Shown one piece after another: positions 48,287-57,830 of a stretch of 64,000 nt of DNA; within the stretch, counting starts at the first letter, position 1; every line of letters starts with the position of its first letter. The DNA lies in contig JBLYPX010000001.1 of NCBI GenBank assembly GCA_048538235.1, positions 8,013-72,012 of the forward strand. Reading direction: 5' to 3'. Under the pieces are notes generated by a model that was not told the DNA's origin, searched no databases, and saw only the letters and a program-made list of their open reading frames with translations. Position numbers and translations under genes: made by a program. This DNA is from Candidatus Komeilibacteria bacterium. GTDB lineage: Bacteria; Patescibacteriota; Patescibacteriia; UBA1558.

Positions 48287-49249
48287 TTATCCTCTAATAA
48301 GTATAAAGGCTACGTATATAATGTATATGATAAGTAATGAAACCCCTTGCCATCTTTCTAATTCATATTTCTTACCAATAATTAAGAAGGCAAACAGAAC
48401 AACAGATAAGCCTATTAAATAAATAATATCTACGCTAATAAGAAGTGGTGAGGCCATTGGTTGAATAACGGCTGTAATACCTAAAACCAATAAGATGTTA
48501 AATATATTAGAACCAACAATATTACCAACCGCCATGTCTAAGTTTTTACGGTAAGCAGCCGCCATAGTGGTGGCTAGCTCTGGCAAAGATGTACCAACAG
48601 CAATAATGGTGGCAGATATTACAAACTCACTTAAACCAAATACTTGTGCAATGGCTACAGCACCAGCTACTACCCATTTGCCACCAAAGTATAATCCAAC
48701 TAAACCAGAAATGATTAGAATAAATATGGTTCTGTAATTTCTTTTTACAACAAGCTCCTTATCTAGTTCCAACTTTCTGTGTTTTCTAGAAATGTTAAAA
48801 TTATATATTAAAAACAGAACAAAGAATATTAGCATTATTATACCATCTACCCTAGATATAAAAGATTCAGCTTGAGCATTAAAGAATTTGTCACTAATAA
48901 CAACCAGTAATATTAAAGCAGATAATATACTATATGGTATTTCACGAGCCTGAGTAGATTTTCTAACTGCAATAGGGTAAATAATAGCAGCTAACCCTAA
49001 AACTAAAGCAATATTAGATATATTAGAACCAATTACAGTACCAATACCAATATCTGTATCACCAGAAGCTGCAGATATAATATTTACAATAAGCTCAGGT
49101 AGGGAAGTGCCAAAAGAAATAATTGTTAAACCAATAACAATATTTGGTACGTGCCACTTCTTTGCCAATGAAGTAGCGCCGTCTACTAAGTGATCTGCGC
49201 CTTTTACTAGTACTATTAAACCTATTACAAATAATATATATGTCAGCAT
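48287..49249 (-). CDS. Ca2+/cation antiporter (CaCA family, YrbG-like Na+/Ca2+ exchanger)
   Basis: Two alpha-repeat signatures GTSLPEL (GTSLPELIVNI and GTSLPELATTM), 10 TM. Confidence 0.8.
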   Translation of the reverse strand: MLTYILFVIGLIVLVKGADHLVDGATSLAKKWHVPNIVIGLTIISFGTSLPELIVNIISAASGDTDIGIGTVIGSNISNIALVLGLAAIIYPIAVRKSTQAREIPYSILSALILLVVISDKFFNAQAESFISRVDGIIMLIFFVLFLIYNFNISRKHRKLELDKELVVKRNYRTIFILIISGLVGLYFGGKWVVAGAVAIAQVFGLSEFVISATIIAVGTSLPELATTMAAAYRKNLDMAVGNIVGSNIFNILLVLGITAVIQPMASPLLISVDIIYLIGLSVVLFAFLIIGKKYELERWQGVSLLIIYIIYVAFILIRG

Positions 49250-49250
49250 A

Positions 49251-49466
49251 TTAAAAATAATTAGATAATCCCATTAAGCCATGAATGATAGCCATTATCA
49301 TAGTAATAGTTGCTAAATGTCTATGCCATTTCATTGGTAGCCATTTTATTTTATACCTGGTCAGAATAGAAACAGAGGCTGTTAAGAATAATAACAATAT
49401 GGTTACTATGCCAGTATAGAATATTAATGGTTTTCCTAAAATAATAAAGTAAGCAAGTTTTAACAT
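49251..49466 (-). CDS. small membrane protein, hypothetical
   Basis: 71 aa, 2 TM, His-containing tail. Confidence 0.35.
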   Translation of the reverse strand: MLKLAYFIILGKPLIFYTGIVTILLLFLTASVSILTRYKIKWLPMKWHRHLATITMIMAIIHGLMGLSNYF

Positions 49467-49467
49467 A

Positions 49468-49839
49468 CTATTGTTGTAGCTCTCCTATATAGAAGTTTGG
49501 TAAATATGATTGAGCTTGAGGGGAATGAGGTGTGCCAGATCCCATTGGTCTGGTGAAATATAGTTCGGTTGAATCAATCCCACAACCTTCTAAAATAGCT
49601 TCTCCACCACCATGACCATCTATCATCTTTGTAACATCATATACCTTATTATCTATTAATAGCCAGCAACTATCTTTAGAATTATGTTGAGCTATCTCAT
49701 CAATAGTATACATAGTTGTTTCAGTTGTTTCGGCTGTGGTATTATCTACTTCTTGGCTATTTTGCTCAACTGTTTGCGTGCTGCAGCCAGTTAATATTAA
49801 TAAAATAGGAATTATTAATAAAGACTTTCTTATTGACAT
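49468..49839 (-). CDS. cytochrome b5-like heme-binding domain lipoprotein
   Basis: Lipobox LTGCST, then IDEIAQHNSKDSCWLLIDNKVYDVTKMIDGHGGGEAI resembling the cyt-b5 HPGG heme-binding core. Confidence 0.55.
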   Translation of the reverse strand: MSIRKSLLIIPILLILTGCSTQTVEQNSQEVDNTTAETTETTMYTIDEIAQHNSKDSCWLLIDNKVYDVTKMIDGHGGGEAILEGCGIDSTELYFTRPMGSGTPHSPQAQSYLPNFYIGELQQ

Positions 49840-49900
49840 GAATTGTTATTTAATGGTTAATTGTATTTATTATAATACATAAATGATGTAAACTAAAGTC

Positions 49901-50452
49901 ATGAAAAAAATGCTATTACATACTTGTTGTGCGCCTTGCGCTATATATGTTGTTCAAGAGTTGTCTAAACAATATGACTTAACTTTGTATTATTATAATA
50001 CAAATATTCATCCAGCAGATGAGTATCAGAAAAGATTAAATGAAATTATTAAATGGTCTACAAAGAAAAATATTAAATTAGTAGAAGCTAAATATAATGT
50101 AGAGGATTGGTTTGCAGCTGTTAAAGGTTTAGAACAAGAGCCTGAAGGGGCTTTAAGATGTTTTGTTTGTTATGAAATGAGAATGAGAGAAACAGCCCTT
50201 TATGCTAAAGATAATAATTTTGATCTATTTGGTACAACCATGAGTATTAGTCCTCACAAAAAAGCAGACAAGCTTAATGAAATTGGTAATAAATTAAAAG
50301 AAGAATTAGGAATAGATTATTTAGAAGCAGATTGGAAAAAGAATGAAGGTTTTAAAATAGCTTGCAAGTTAAGTAAAGAAGAGAATTTTTACAGACAAGA
50401 TTATTGTGGTTGTACATTTTCTAAAAAGAACAAAACAGATGCAATTAGATAA
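49901..50452 (+). CDS. queH: epoxyqueuosine reductase QueH (DUF208)
   Basis: LLHTCCAPCA and CxxC...C pattern of QueH. Confidence 0.8.
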   Translation: MKKMLLHTCCAPCAIYVVQELSKQYDLTLYYYNTNIHPADEYQKRLNEIIKWSTKKNIKLVEAKYNVEDWFAAVKGLEQEPEGALRCFVCYEMRMRETALYAKDNNFDLFGTTMSISPHKKADKLNEIGNKLKEELGIDYLEADWKKNEGFKIACKLSKEENFYRQDYCGCTFSKKNKTDAIR

Positions 50453-51464
50453 ATTTGACTACAATTTACCACCAGAGCTTATTGCTCAAACGCCAGCAGA
50501 TAAACGTGATCATTCACGTTTGTTAGTTTACAATAATGGTAATATTGAGCACAAGCATTTTTATGACATTGTAGATTATTTAAAGCCAGGCGATGTTTTA
50601 GTTTTAAACAATAGTAAGGTATTTCCAGCAAGGCTTATTGGTAATAAAAAAACAGGTGGTAGAGTAGAGGTGTTTTTATTAAATAATAAGGCAGAAGATA
50701 CTTGGGAGTGTTTAATTGGTCACACTAAGCCAGACTTAGGTTTAATAATATATTTTAAAGATAATTTAGAAGCAGAGATTATAGAAGAGTTAGATAATAC
50801 CTGGATTGTTAAATTTAATAAGTCTGGTAAAGATTTAGAAAAGAGTATTGAAACTGTTGGTAATACACCTTTGCCACCATATATTAAAACAGAAGATAGT
50901 GAAGATATTAAAAAAAGATATCAGACAGTGTATGCAGATAAGACAGGTTCAGTAGCAGCTCCAACAGCTGGCTTTCATTTCACAGAAGATCTATTAGAAA
51001 AGATTAAACAACTGGGAGTAGAAATACAATATGTTACATTACATGTTGGTCTGGGTACATTTGCCCCCGTTAAAACAGAAGACATTACTAAACATAAAAT
51101 GCATTCAGAATATTATGAAGTAGATAGTTCTGTTTGGGATAATATACAAAAAGCTAAAAAAGAAAACAGAAGAATTATATCTGTTGGCACAACCGCTACT
51201 AGAGTATTGGAATCTGTTGCCAAAACAAATAAATTATCTGATTGGACAGATATATTTATATATCCAGGTTATAAATACAAAGTAGTAGATTCTTTAATGA
51301 CAAATTTTCATCTACCTAAGTCTACATTATTAATGTTAGTATCCGCTCTGCTTGAGAATAAAGATATTACAGATGGAGTAGAGGAGTTAAAAAGAATATA
51401 TAATGAAGCTATTGAACAAAGTTATCATTTCTATAGCTTTGGTGATGCTATGATCATAATTTAA
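50439..51464 (+). CDS. queA: S-adenosylmethionine:tRNA ribosyltransferase-isomerase
   Basis: FDYNLPPELIAQTPA, VLNNSKVFPARL, AAPTAGFHFT, VGTTATR conserved QueA blocks; 14 nt overlap with queH. Confidence 0.85.
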   Translation: MQLDKFDYNLPPELIAQTPADKRDHSRLLVYNNGNIEHKHFYDIVDYLKPGDVLVLNNSKVFPARLIGNKKTGGRVEVFLLNNKAEDTWECLIGHTKPDLGLIIYFKDNLEAEIIEELDNTWIVKFNKSGKDLEKSIETVGNTPLPPYIKTEDSEDIKKRYQTVYADKTGSVAAPTAGFHFTEDLLEKIKQLGVEIQYVTLHVGLGTFAPVKTEDITKHKMHSEYYEVDSSVWDNIQKAKKENRRIISVGTTATRVLESVAKTNKLSDWTDIFIYPGYKYKVVDSLMTNFHLPKSTLLMLVSALLENKDITDGVEELKRIYNEAIEQSYHFYSFGDAMIII

Positions 51465-51692
51465 TCGATATAAACAAAAACACACCATGCCTGATGTGTG
51501 TTTTTGTTTTTCTTTTTGTTTTTCGTTCCACTTACGTGGAAGTAATTATGGCCCTCATAAATTTACAAAAAGAAGCTAGTCCCTTTTTATACAAATGACT
51601 ACTTAAATTTAATTGGGTAAGTCCCATAGACTTTAGTCATTTGTAGTAAATATATAAACGAACAATTAAATAAATTTACTAATCCATTAGGA

Positions 51693-52049
51693 TTAGGAAT
51701 CTGCCATAGCTAATACTTCATTATCTGAACCTTCTTCAGATTCTTCTATAACAGGTTCAATATCTAAATCTCCTTGTTTTAGTATGCCAGTTTCAATACT
51801 AGCTAGTTCTGTATAATAATATGGATCTACAATAGTATCTCTATAGGTTGCGGCCGAAACAGATTCAATAGAATTAGTTAAGCTTGTTTCTAATAAGCTT
51901 AGCAATTTAGCAGACATCAGTATTATTACAACCGCAAAAATGATATTAAAAAACACGCTCATACTTGAGTGTGTACTTTTTGGTATGTGTCTTTTTTTAG
52001 TTGCGCCATTAGCGCCACAATATCTAGCTGTGTTGCTTACGATTTTCAT
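51693..52049 (-). CDS. hypothetical membrane protein (basic N-terminus, one TM, acidic C-terminus)
   Basis: ORF-track start 52103 falls inside the predicted -10 box, so the start was moved to the next Met (MKIVSNT...). Confidence 0.35.
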   Translation of the reverse strand: MKIVSNTARYCGANGATKKRHIPKSTHSSMSVFFNIIFAVVIILMSAKLLSLLETSLTNSIESVSAATYRDTIVDPYYYTELASIETGILKQGDLDIEPVIEESEEGSDNEVLAMADS

Positions 52050-52103
52050 TTTCTTTTTGTTTTTTGTTTTTGGAAGGCCTATTTTTGTACCTTCTATAAC
52101 CAT

Positions 52104-52132
52104 TGTAGCACATTTTTAGGCAAAAGTCAACC
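52104..52132 (-). promoter_or_regulatory. sigma70-like promoter on minus strand (TTGACT-17-TACAAT)
   Basis: Reverse complement of 52104..52132 reads TTGACTtttgcctaaaaatgtgcTACAAT; a hairpin (cccccatcta...taggtggggg, 52128..52160) sits immediately upstream. Confidence 0.45.
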
Positions 52133-52234
52133 CCCACCTAAAGATTTAGATGGGGGCTTTATTTATTTATTGACTATCCCACAACAGGTGGGACTCCAGA
52201 GGATTAGTCTGGAACGAGATTGGATCACCTCCTC

Positions 52235-52387
52235 TCAGCTTATGAAGATTGCTCCACAATAGACTTGAGCTTGTTTCCATGAAATGAACATTACAATTGC
52301 CCTCCTTTCTCGTTTGTATGCGCGTTTTAAGTCAAAATGACGTTTTCTTACTAATTGATGATTGTTGTTTGGATTCCCTAAGCGCAT
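52235..52387 (-). CDS. small basic ORF (50 aa) with strong SD, hypothetical
   Basis: Minus-strand AAGGAGGG-tta-ATG; MRLGNPNNNHQLVRKRHFDLKRAYKRERRAIVMFISWKQAQVYCGAIFIS; internal in-frame ATG also has its own SD. Confidence 0.2.
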   Translation of the reverse strand: MRLGNPNNNHQLVRKRHFDLKRAYKRERRAIVMFISWKQAQVYCGAIFIS

Positions 52388-52453
52388 TAACCCTCCTTAT
52401 TTTACTAGTTCTATATACATTATATTCTTTATATTAGTATATTTAAAGTGGAT

Positions 52454-52487
52454 AAAAAAAGACCCCCTTTTAGAAAGCAAGGGGGTC
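52454..52487 (-). terminator. rho-independent terminator (gacccccttgctttctaaagggggtc + T7) on minus strand
   Basis: 9 bp G/C-rich stem, followed on the minus strand by TTTTTTT; lies ~160 nt downstream of the ychF stop. Confidence 0.6.
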
Positions 52488-52639
52488 CGGGCAAAGCTCA
52501 GGTAAGCGGTTGTCAGTCCTTTGAGGAGGATCAACTAGGAGGAAGATCTACTACGAAGAGAAGTCTGACGGTTGTCTCACCTGAGGGGAATTTAATGTAC
52601 TATATTAGTAAACTATATTATTGCTAAAAATTTGTCAAA

Positions 52640-53701
52640 TTATGTGCTAAATCTGAAATAACAAGTGTCGCCATCTTGCATTATATATTCCTTACCCTCA
52701 AGTCTCATAACGCCAGCTTCTTTAGCTCCTTGCTCGCCATTATATTTAATAAAATCTTCCCAGTTTATAACCTCAACTCTAATGAATCCTTTTTCAAAAT
52801 CACCATGAATAGCCCCAGCTGCTTGAGGAGCTTTTGTGCCACGTTTAATTGTCCAGGCTCTAGATTCTTTAGGTCCAGATGTTAGGAAAGTAATAAGATC
52901 TAATAGTTTGTAGCTAGCAATTATTAATTTATCTAAACCAGTTTGTTTAACACCAGCTGCTTCAAGATATTCTCTAACTTCATCTTCTGACATAGTAGCA
53001 AGGTCTGCTTCTAACTTAGCACAAATGTTAATACTTGTATCTGTTTCAGGAACATTGCCTATTTCTTTCTCATCAATATTATTTACATAAAGAAGTGGTT
53101 TGCGTGTTAGTAGGTTTAAATCTTTTATTAACTTCTTTTCATCCTCATCTAATTTTATGGTTCTGGCTGGTTTTCCTTCAGATAAAACAGCTTCAATATT
53201 TTTAAGAACTTGAATTGTTTGTAAAAGACTAGCTTCTCTATTTCCTTTAGCTTCTGATTCAAGTTTTTTTAATCTTTTAGTCACTGTTTCTAAATCTGCT
53301 AAGGCAAGTTCAGTGTCTATTGTTTCTTTATCTGATTCGGGTTCTACTTTACCATTAACATGAGTAATGTTTGAATCTTCAAAGTGTCTAACTACTTCAA
53401 TAATAGCATCCACCTCTCTAATATGTGATAGAAATTTATTACCCAAACCTTCACCCTTACTAGCGCCCGCAACAATTCCAGCAATATCTACAAATTCAAT
53501 TGTAGTTGGTAATACTTTTTCAGATTTAGATACTTCAGCTAACTTTGTTAATCTTTCATCTGGCACTTCAACAACACCAACATTTGGATCAATAGTACAA
53601 AAGGGGTAGTTTTCTGCAGCTACCTGTTTTTTAGTTAAAGCTTGAAATAGTGTAGATTTACCAACATTAGGTAATCCTACAATGCCGATTTGTAATGACA
53701 T
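52640..53701 (-). CDS. ychF: ribosome-binding ATPase YchF (Obg family)
   Basis: GIVGLPNVGKSTLF, NVGVVEVPDERL, C-terminal TGS domain (GDFEKGFIRVEV). Confidence 0.9.
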   Translation of the reverse strand: MSLQIGIVGLPNVGKSTLFQALTKKQVAAENYPFCTIDPNVGVVEVPDERLTKLAEVSKSEKVLPTTIEFVDIAGIVAGASKGEGLGNKFLSHIREVDAIIEVVRHFEDSNITHVNGKVEPESDKETIDTELALADLETVTKRLKKLESEAKGNREASLLQTIQVLKNIEAVLSEGKPARTIKLDEDEKKLIKDLNLLTRKPLLYVNNIDEKEIGNVPETDTSINICAKLEADLATMSEDEVREYLEAAGVKQTGLDKLIIASYKLLDLITFLTSGPKESRAWTIKRGTKAPQAAGAIHGDFEKGFIRVEVINWEDFIKYNGEQGAKEAGVMRLEGKEYIMQDGDTCYFRFST

Positions 53702-53803
53702 TAATATTATTTAAATAATAAACAGAGATAGTTTAGTATAGTTTTGGGGTATTGTCTACCCCTATTTGATAATACCAAATATTTAAACTATAATAACAGC
53801 ACT

Positions 53804-54205
53804 ATGTTTGGTAAATTTTTAGCAATATTCATAATAGTACCACTATTAGAACTAGCCTTACTTATTGAGGTTGGTAAGTATTTAGGTGTTTGGAATACAA
53901 TTGCTTTGGTATTAGTAACAGCCGTAGCAGGTGCCATGATGATGCAATTAGAAGGTATTAGAGTTTGGAATGATTTACAACAAGATTTAATGAATATGCG
54001 GATGCCAACAGATAATATTATTAATGGAGTATTGATTTTAATTGGCGGTATAGTTCTATTAACACCTGGTATTATTACAGATATTATTGGCATTACATTA
54101 TTAATACCCTTTACTAGAGTATTGTATAGGAATTGGTTAAAGAAAAAGTTTGAGAACAAAACTCGAACGCAGGCTAATATAATTGAAATAAAAGAAATTA
54201 AATAG
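53804..54205 (+). CDS. fxsA: FxsA family membrane protein
   Basis: IVPLLELALLIEVGKYLGVWNTIALVLVTAVAG...LLTPGIITDIIGITLLIP characteristic FxsA pattern. Confidence 0.65.
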   Translation: MFGKFLAIFIIVPLLELALLIEVGKYLGVWNTIALVLVTAVAGAMMMQLEGIRVWNDLQQDLMNMRMPTDNIINGVLILIGGIVLLTPGIITDIIGITLLIPFTRVLYRNWLKKKFENKTRTQANIIEIKEIK

Positions 54206-54213
54206 TTGTTGCT

Positions 54214-55083
54214 ATGATTGAAGAAAAAGAAGTCAATAATCAGGGGGTTAAGATATATTATAAGGTTAAGGCTGGTAAACCTATACTACTATTTCTTCAT
54301 GGCACGGGTTGTAATATGACGATATTTGATAAGTATAAGGAGCATTACAATAAGTTGGGTTATGGTTGGATATCTATAGACTTAAGGGGCTATGGCATGT
54401 CATCAGAAGTGTTTGATAAACAGTCTTACGTTTTGAATAAATTTGTAGAGGATATAGAATTAATAATTCAGACGGAAAAAGTTAGAAATTTTTCAATAAT
54501 TGCTTATTCTATGGGGGGTATGATTGCCCATGTTTTGGCTGGTAAATACCCCGATATGGTTGAGTCATTAGTTTTAATTTCAGGATCGTATAATTTTAGG
54601 AAAACATTTGAGGTTGATATTTATAGAAAGATATTCTTGCGATTTATTCGACCCATCTATCTTAAGTTATTTAATTTTGTTATTTATATAACTTTACTAT
54701 TTAGAAATAATTCTTCAGTAAGTTATCCAATTTTTAGTGATGAGAAATGGCTGAGTATTAAGGATGTGCGAATGGATTTTTATTTGAGAATGATACTTGG
54801 GCCATCTAGAGTAAAGGCTAATAATATATGTAGCAGAGAGGTGCTAAAATGGGATACCAGTCAACACATACGATTAATAACGGCGCCGACTTTATTAATT
54901 CAAGGAAATAATGATATGCTGTTGCCAATTCAAACTGTTTATGAGCTACACACAATGATTAAATCAAGTTTAGAGCCGGTTGTTGTAGAGGGGGGTGAGC
55001 ATGGAGTCGTATTTAAAAAAGTGGATACTATTTTGAATGAAATGGATAAATTTTTTAATAAGATATATTTGACTAATAATTAG
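54214..55083 (+). CDS. alpha/beta-hydrolase fold protein
   Basis: HGTG oxyanion region, nucleophile elbow AYSMGG, C-terminal His (GGEHGV). Confidence 0.65.
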   Translation: MIEEKEVNNQGVKIYYKVKAGKPILLFLHGTGCNMTIFDKYKEHYNKLGYGWISIDLRGYGMSSEVFDKQSYVLNKFVEDIELIIQTEKVRNFSIIAYSMGGMIAHVLAGKYPDMVESLVLISGSYNFRKTFEVDIYRKIFLRFIRPIYLKLFNFVIYITLLFRNNSSVSYPIFSDEKWLSIKDVRMDFYLRMILGPSRVKANNICSREVLKWDTSQHIRLITAPTLLIQGNNDMLLPIQTVYELHTMIKSSLEPVVVEGGEHGVVFKKVDTILNEMDKFFNKIYLTNN

Positions 55084-55115
55084 ATTTTTAATTTATAAAT
55101 TCTATATAAAATATT

Positions 55116-55700
55116 ATGATTAATAAAAAGTTTTTAAAGAAAATTGAAACAGACCTTAAATCTTTTCAAAAGGAAAGGGGATTTATTATTAATAAATCAA
55201 GAGAAGTGTTGCAAGCTTCCAAAGAGACAATATTTGCACTACATCGTAATGATGATAAAAAGGCTACAGCTAGCATTGCTAAAGCTGAAACAGTGTTGAA
55301 AGAATTATCTAAAAATTATGATAAAGGTAATCGTTTAAGATTTGAAGGTTCATACAAAGCAGCAGTTGAAGAATATGTTGAGGCTAAACTGTTTGGTCAA
55401 ATGATGGCGGGTAAGAAAATTGATGCAATTAAGTTTGGTAATATTGGCCCGGAGGAATATATTGGTGGTCTGGCAGATGTTACTGGTGAACTAGTTAGGC
55501 AGGCTGTAATACAAAGCACTAAGGGTAATTACAAGAATATTAAATTGTATAGAGATTTTACTGAAGAGACAGTTGGTTTTATGATGAATCTATACATGAC
55601 TGGCCATAGCCGTCAGAAGTTTGATGAAGTAAAAAGAAATTTAAAAAGATTAGAGGGTATTTTGTACGACATTAGTATTCGTGAGTTAGATAAAAAATAA
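55116..55700 (+). CDS. translin family protein
   Basis: AAVEEYVEAKLF and PEEYIGGLADVTGELVRQA closely match the archaeal/eukaryotic translin core (…EYVEA… / PE(D/E)YLxGLADLTGELRR). Confidence 0.55.
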   Translation: MINKKFLKKIETDLKSFQKERGFIINKSREVLQASKETIFALHRNDDKKATASIAKAETVLKELSKNYDKGNRLRFEGSYKAAVEEYVEAKLFGQMMAGKKIDAIKFGNIGPEEYIGGLADVTGELVRQAVIQSTKGNYKNIKLYRDFTEETVGFMMNLYMTGHSRQKFDEVKRNLKRLEGILYDISIRELDKK

Positions 55701-55703
55701 TAC

Positions 55704-57758
55704 ATGGGAAAAGTATATAAGATAAAAAAAACTGATGATAAAAAAACAGTAGTAGATTATCAGTCAGAATTGAATGAAGAACAATACAAGGTAGTCTCTG
55801 AAGCAGAGGGACCTTGTTTAGTCTTGGCTGGTGCTGGTTCTGGTAAAACTAGAACCATTGTATATAGAGTAGCATATCTTTTAGAGCACGGAGTTTTGCC
55901 TCAGAATATATTGCTATTAACATTTACTAATAAAGCATCTAAAGAAATGCTTTCTAGAGTAGAGCAGTTATTAAAAATACAGCCAGCTGGTTTATGGGGC
56001 GGAACATTTCACCACATTGCTAATAGAGTATTAAGAAAATACTCAAAGAAGATTGGGTATAATAATAACTTTAATATTTTAGATGCATCAGACTCTAAAG
56101 ATTTATTAAAAGCTTGTGTTAAAGATTTGGGCCTTGATCCAAAACAAAGACGCATTCCATCAGCTAATGTTATTAAAGATATAATTAGTTATCATATTAA
56201 TTCTCAACAGAGTCTAAAAGAAGTTATTAGTATAAGGCAACCACAGTGGTTGGATTGGACAGACAGAATTGAGGATATACATAAGCTATATATTAAAAGA
56301 AAACAAAGGAATGATTTAATGGATTTTGATGATCTATTATTTTTCTTTTTACAGTTATTAGAAAAGAATCCAGATGTTAAAAAAACATTAGCTACTCAGT
56401 TTAAATATATATTAGTAGATGAGTATCAGGATACAAATTATTTGCAAGCTAGTATTGTTAAATTACTTGCTAGTGTACACAATAATATATTAGTAGTGGG
56501 AGATGATGCTCAAAGTATTTATGCCTTTAGAGCAGCAGATATTGGTAATATATTAAACTTTCCAAGATTGTTTCCGTCAGCTAAAACATTTAAATTAGAA
56601 ATTAATTATAGATCAACTCCAGATATATTGGATGTAGCTAATGACATTATTAGTAATAATGTTAAACAGTTTCCTAAAGATTTAAGAAGTGTCTTAGATA
56701 GGCACGTAAAACCTCAATTAGTACCTTGTACATCACCAAAGCAAGAGGCAGAGTTTATCGCTTCTATGGTGCTGCAGGCACAGGGTGAGGGTTTGAATCT
56801 TAATAAGATAGCTGTTTTATTTAGGGCTACTCATCATACCCAGGTTTTAGAAATGGAACTTAATAAAAGAGATATACCATATGATTACAGAGGTGGTTTA
56901 AGATTTTTTGAAAGAGCCCATATTAAAGATGTGGTTGCCTTCTTAAAGATAATAAACAATATTAATGATGAGATTAGTTGGTTAAGAGTTCTTAATATGC
57001 AAATTGGTATTGGTTCTATTACAGCAGATAATATTGTAAACAGAATAAGAGAAGCGGGTGTAAAAGATTTAAAGGAAGTATTAGATTTAAACATTGGTAA
57101 TAGCTTGGGAGTTAAAGCTAAAATAGGTTGGGATAATTTAGCAAAGATTTTACAAGCAATAGTAGATACAAAAGTAGAAAAGACTTCAGACATTATTCAG
57201 GCTGTTCTAAAGTCAGATTATAGAGACTATTTAATTTCACAGTATACAGATGCTAATCAAAGATTAGATGACCTTGAACAACTTTCTGTTTACGCAGATT
57301 CATATGATAGTTTAAATAAATTTGTAGATGAGGTTACTTTGCAAGAAGGTTTTGGTGTGAAACAAGAACAAGGAAGTGCAGATGAGGAAGATAAATTAAT
57401 ATTAACAACTGTTCATCAAGCAAAAGGTCTTGAGTGGGAATCTGTATTCATTATGAATATGGTAGAGTCTGGTTTTCCCAATCAAAGAGCTTTAACTGAA
57501 ACTGGTGGTTTGGAAGAGGAGAGAAGACTATTTTATGTAGCAGCAACTCGTGCTCAGAAACAACTATACTTAACTTATCCCTTGGTTGGTGGTTTTGATG
57601 GGTATTTAAACCAAATGTCACAACTTATACTAGAGCTTGACCAGAAAAAGCTGGAAAGAGGCAGAATTGACGATAATTATGATGGGGACGATTTAGTTAT
57701 ACAAGTAGATGAAGAAGGTAATAGGGGTAGTATTTTACCCAGTATTGATGAATTGTAG
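55704..57758 (+). CDS. pcrA: ATP-dependent DNA helicase, UvrD/PcrA/Rep family
   Basis: Walker A LVLAGAGSGKTRT, FTNKA, DEYQDTN, VGDDAQSIYAFRAA, QNYRS-like, VHQAKGLEW, YVAATRA motifs. Confidence 0.85.
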   Translation: MGKVYKIKKTDDKKTVVDYQSELNEEQYKVVSEAEGPCLVLAGAGSGKTRTIVYRVAYLLEHGVLPQNILLLTFTNKASKEMLSRVEQLLKIQPAGLWGGTFHHIANRVLRKYSKKIGYNNNFNILDASDSKDLLKACVKDLGLDPKQRRIPSANVIKDIISYHINSQQSLKEVISIRQPQWLDWTDRIEDIHKLYIKRKQRNDLMDFDDLLFFFLQLLEKNPDVKKTLATQFKYILVDEYQDTNYLQASIVKLLASVHNNILVVGDDAQSIYAFRAADIGNILNFPRLFPSAKTFKLEINYRSTPDILDVANDIISNNVKQFPKDLRSVLDRHVKPQLVPCTSPKQEAEFIASMVLQAQGEGLNLNKIAVLFRATHHTQVLEMELNKRDIPYDYRGGLRFFERAHIKDVVAFLKIINNINDEISWLRVLNMQIGIGSITADNIVNRIREAGVKDLKEVLDLNIGNSLGVKAKIGWDNLAKILQAIVDTKVEKTSDIIQAVLKSDYRDYLISQYTDANQRLDDLEQLSVYADSYDSLNKFVDEVTLQEGFGVKQEQGSADEEDKLILTTVHQAKGLEWESVFIMNMVESGFPNQRALTETGGLEEERRLFYVAATRAQKQLYLTYPLVGGFDGYLNQMSQLILELDQKKLERGRIDDNYDGDDLVIQVDEEGNRGSILPSIDEL

Positions 57759-57830
57759 GTATTTTATGAAATCGTAAAAATATGCTAAAATACTACTACG
57801 AAGGCCAGAAAGATTATTAATAAACAGACA

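Noticed and set aside
52215-52240. 16S rRNA 3'-end fragment
   Set aside because: Only a 12 nt identity to the anti-SD tail (GGATCACCTCCT) is present. Upstream sequence does not match the conserved 16S 3' domain, so this is not an rRNA gene or pseudogene.
52440-52640. Possible tmRNA or SRP/6S RNA in the structured region after ychF
   Set aside because: There is no tRNA-like T-arm/acceptor (no GGTTCGAAT-type T-loop) and no SRP domain IV motif. A frame ending in TAGTAG (…ADFSS) does not resemble an ssrA tag. It is kept only as a generic candidate sRNA.
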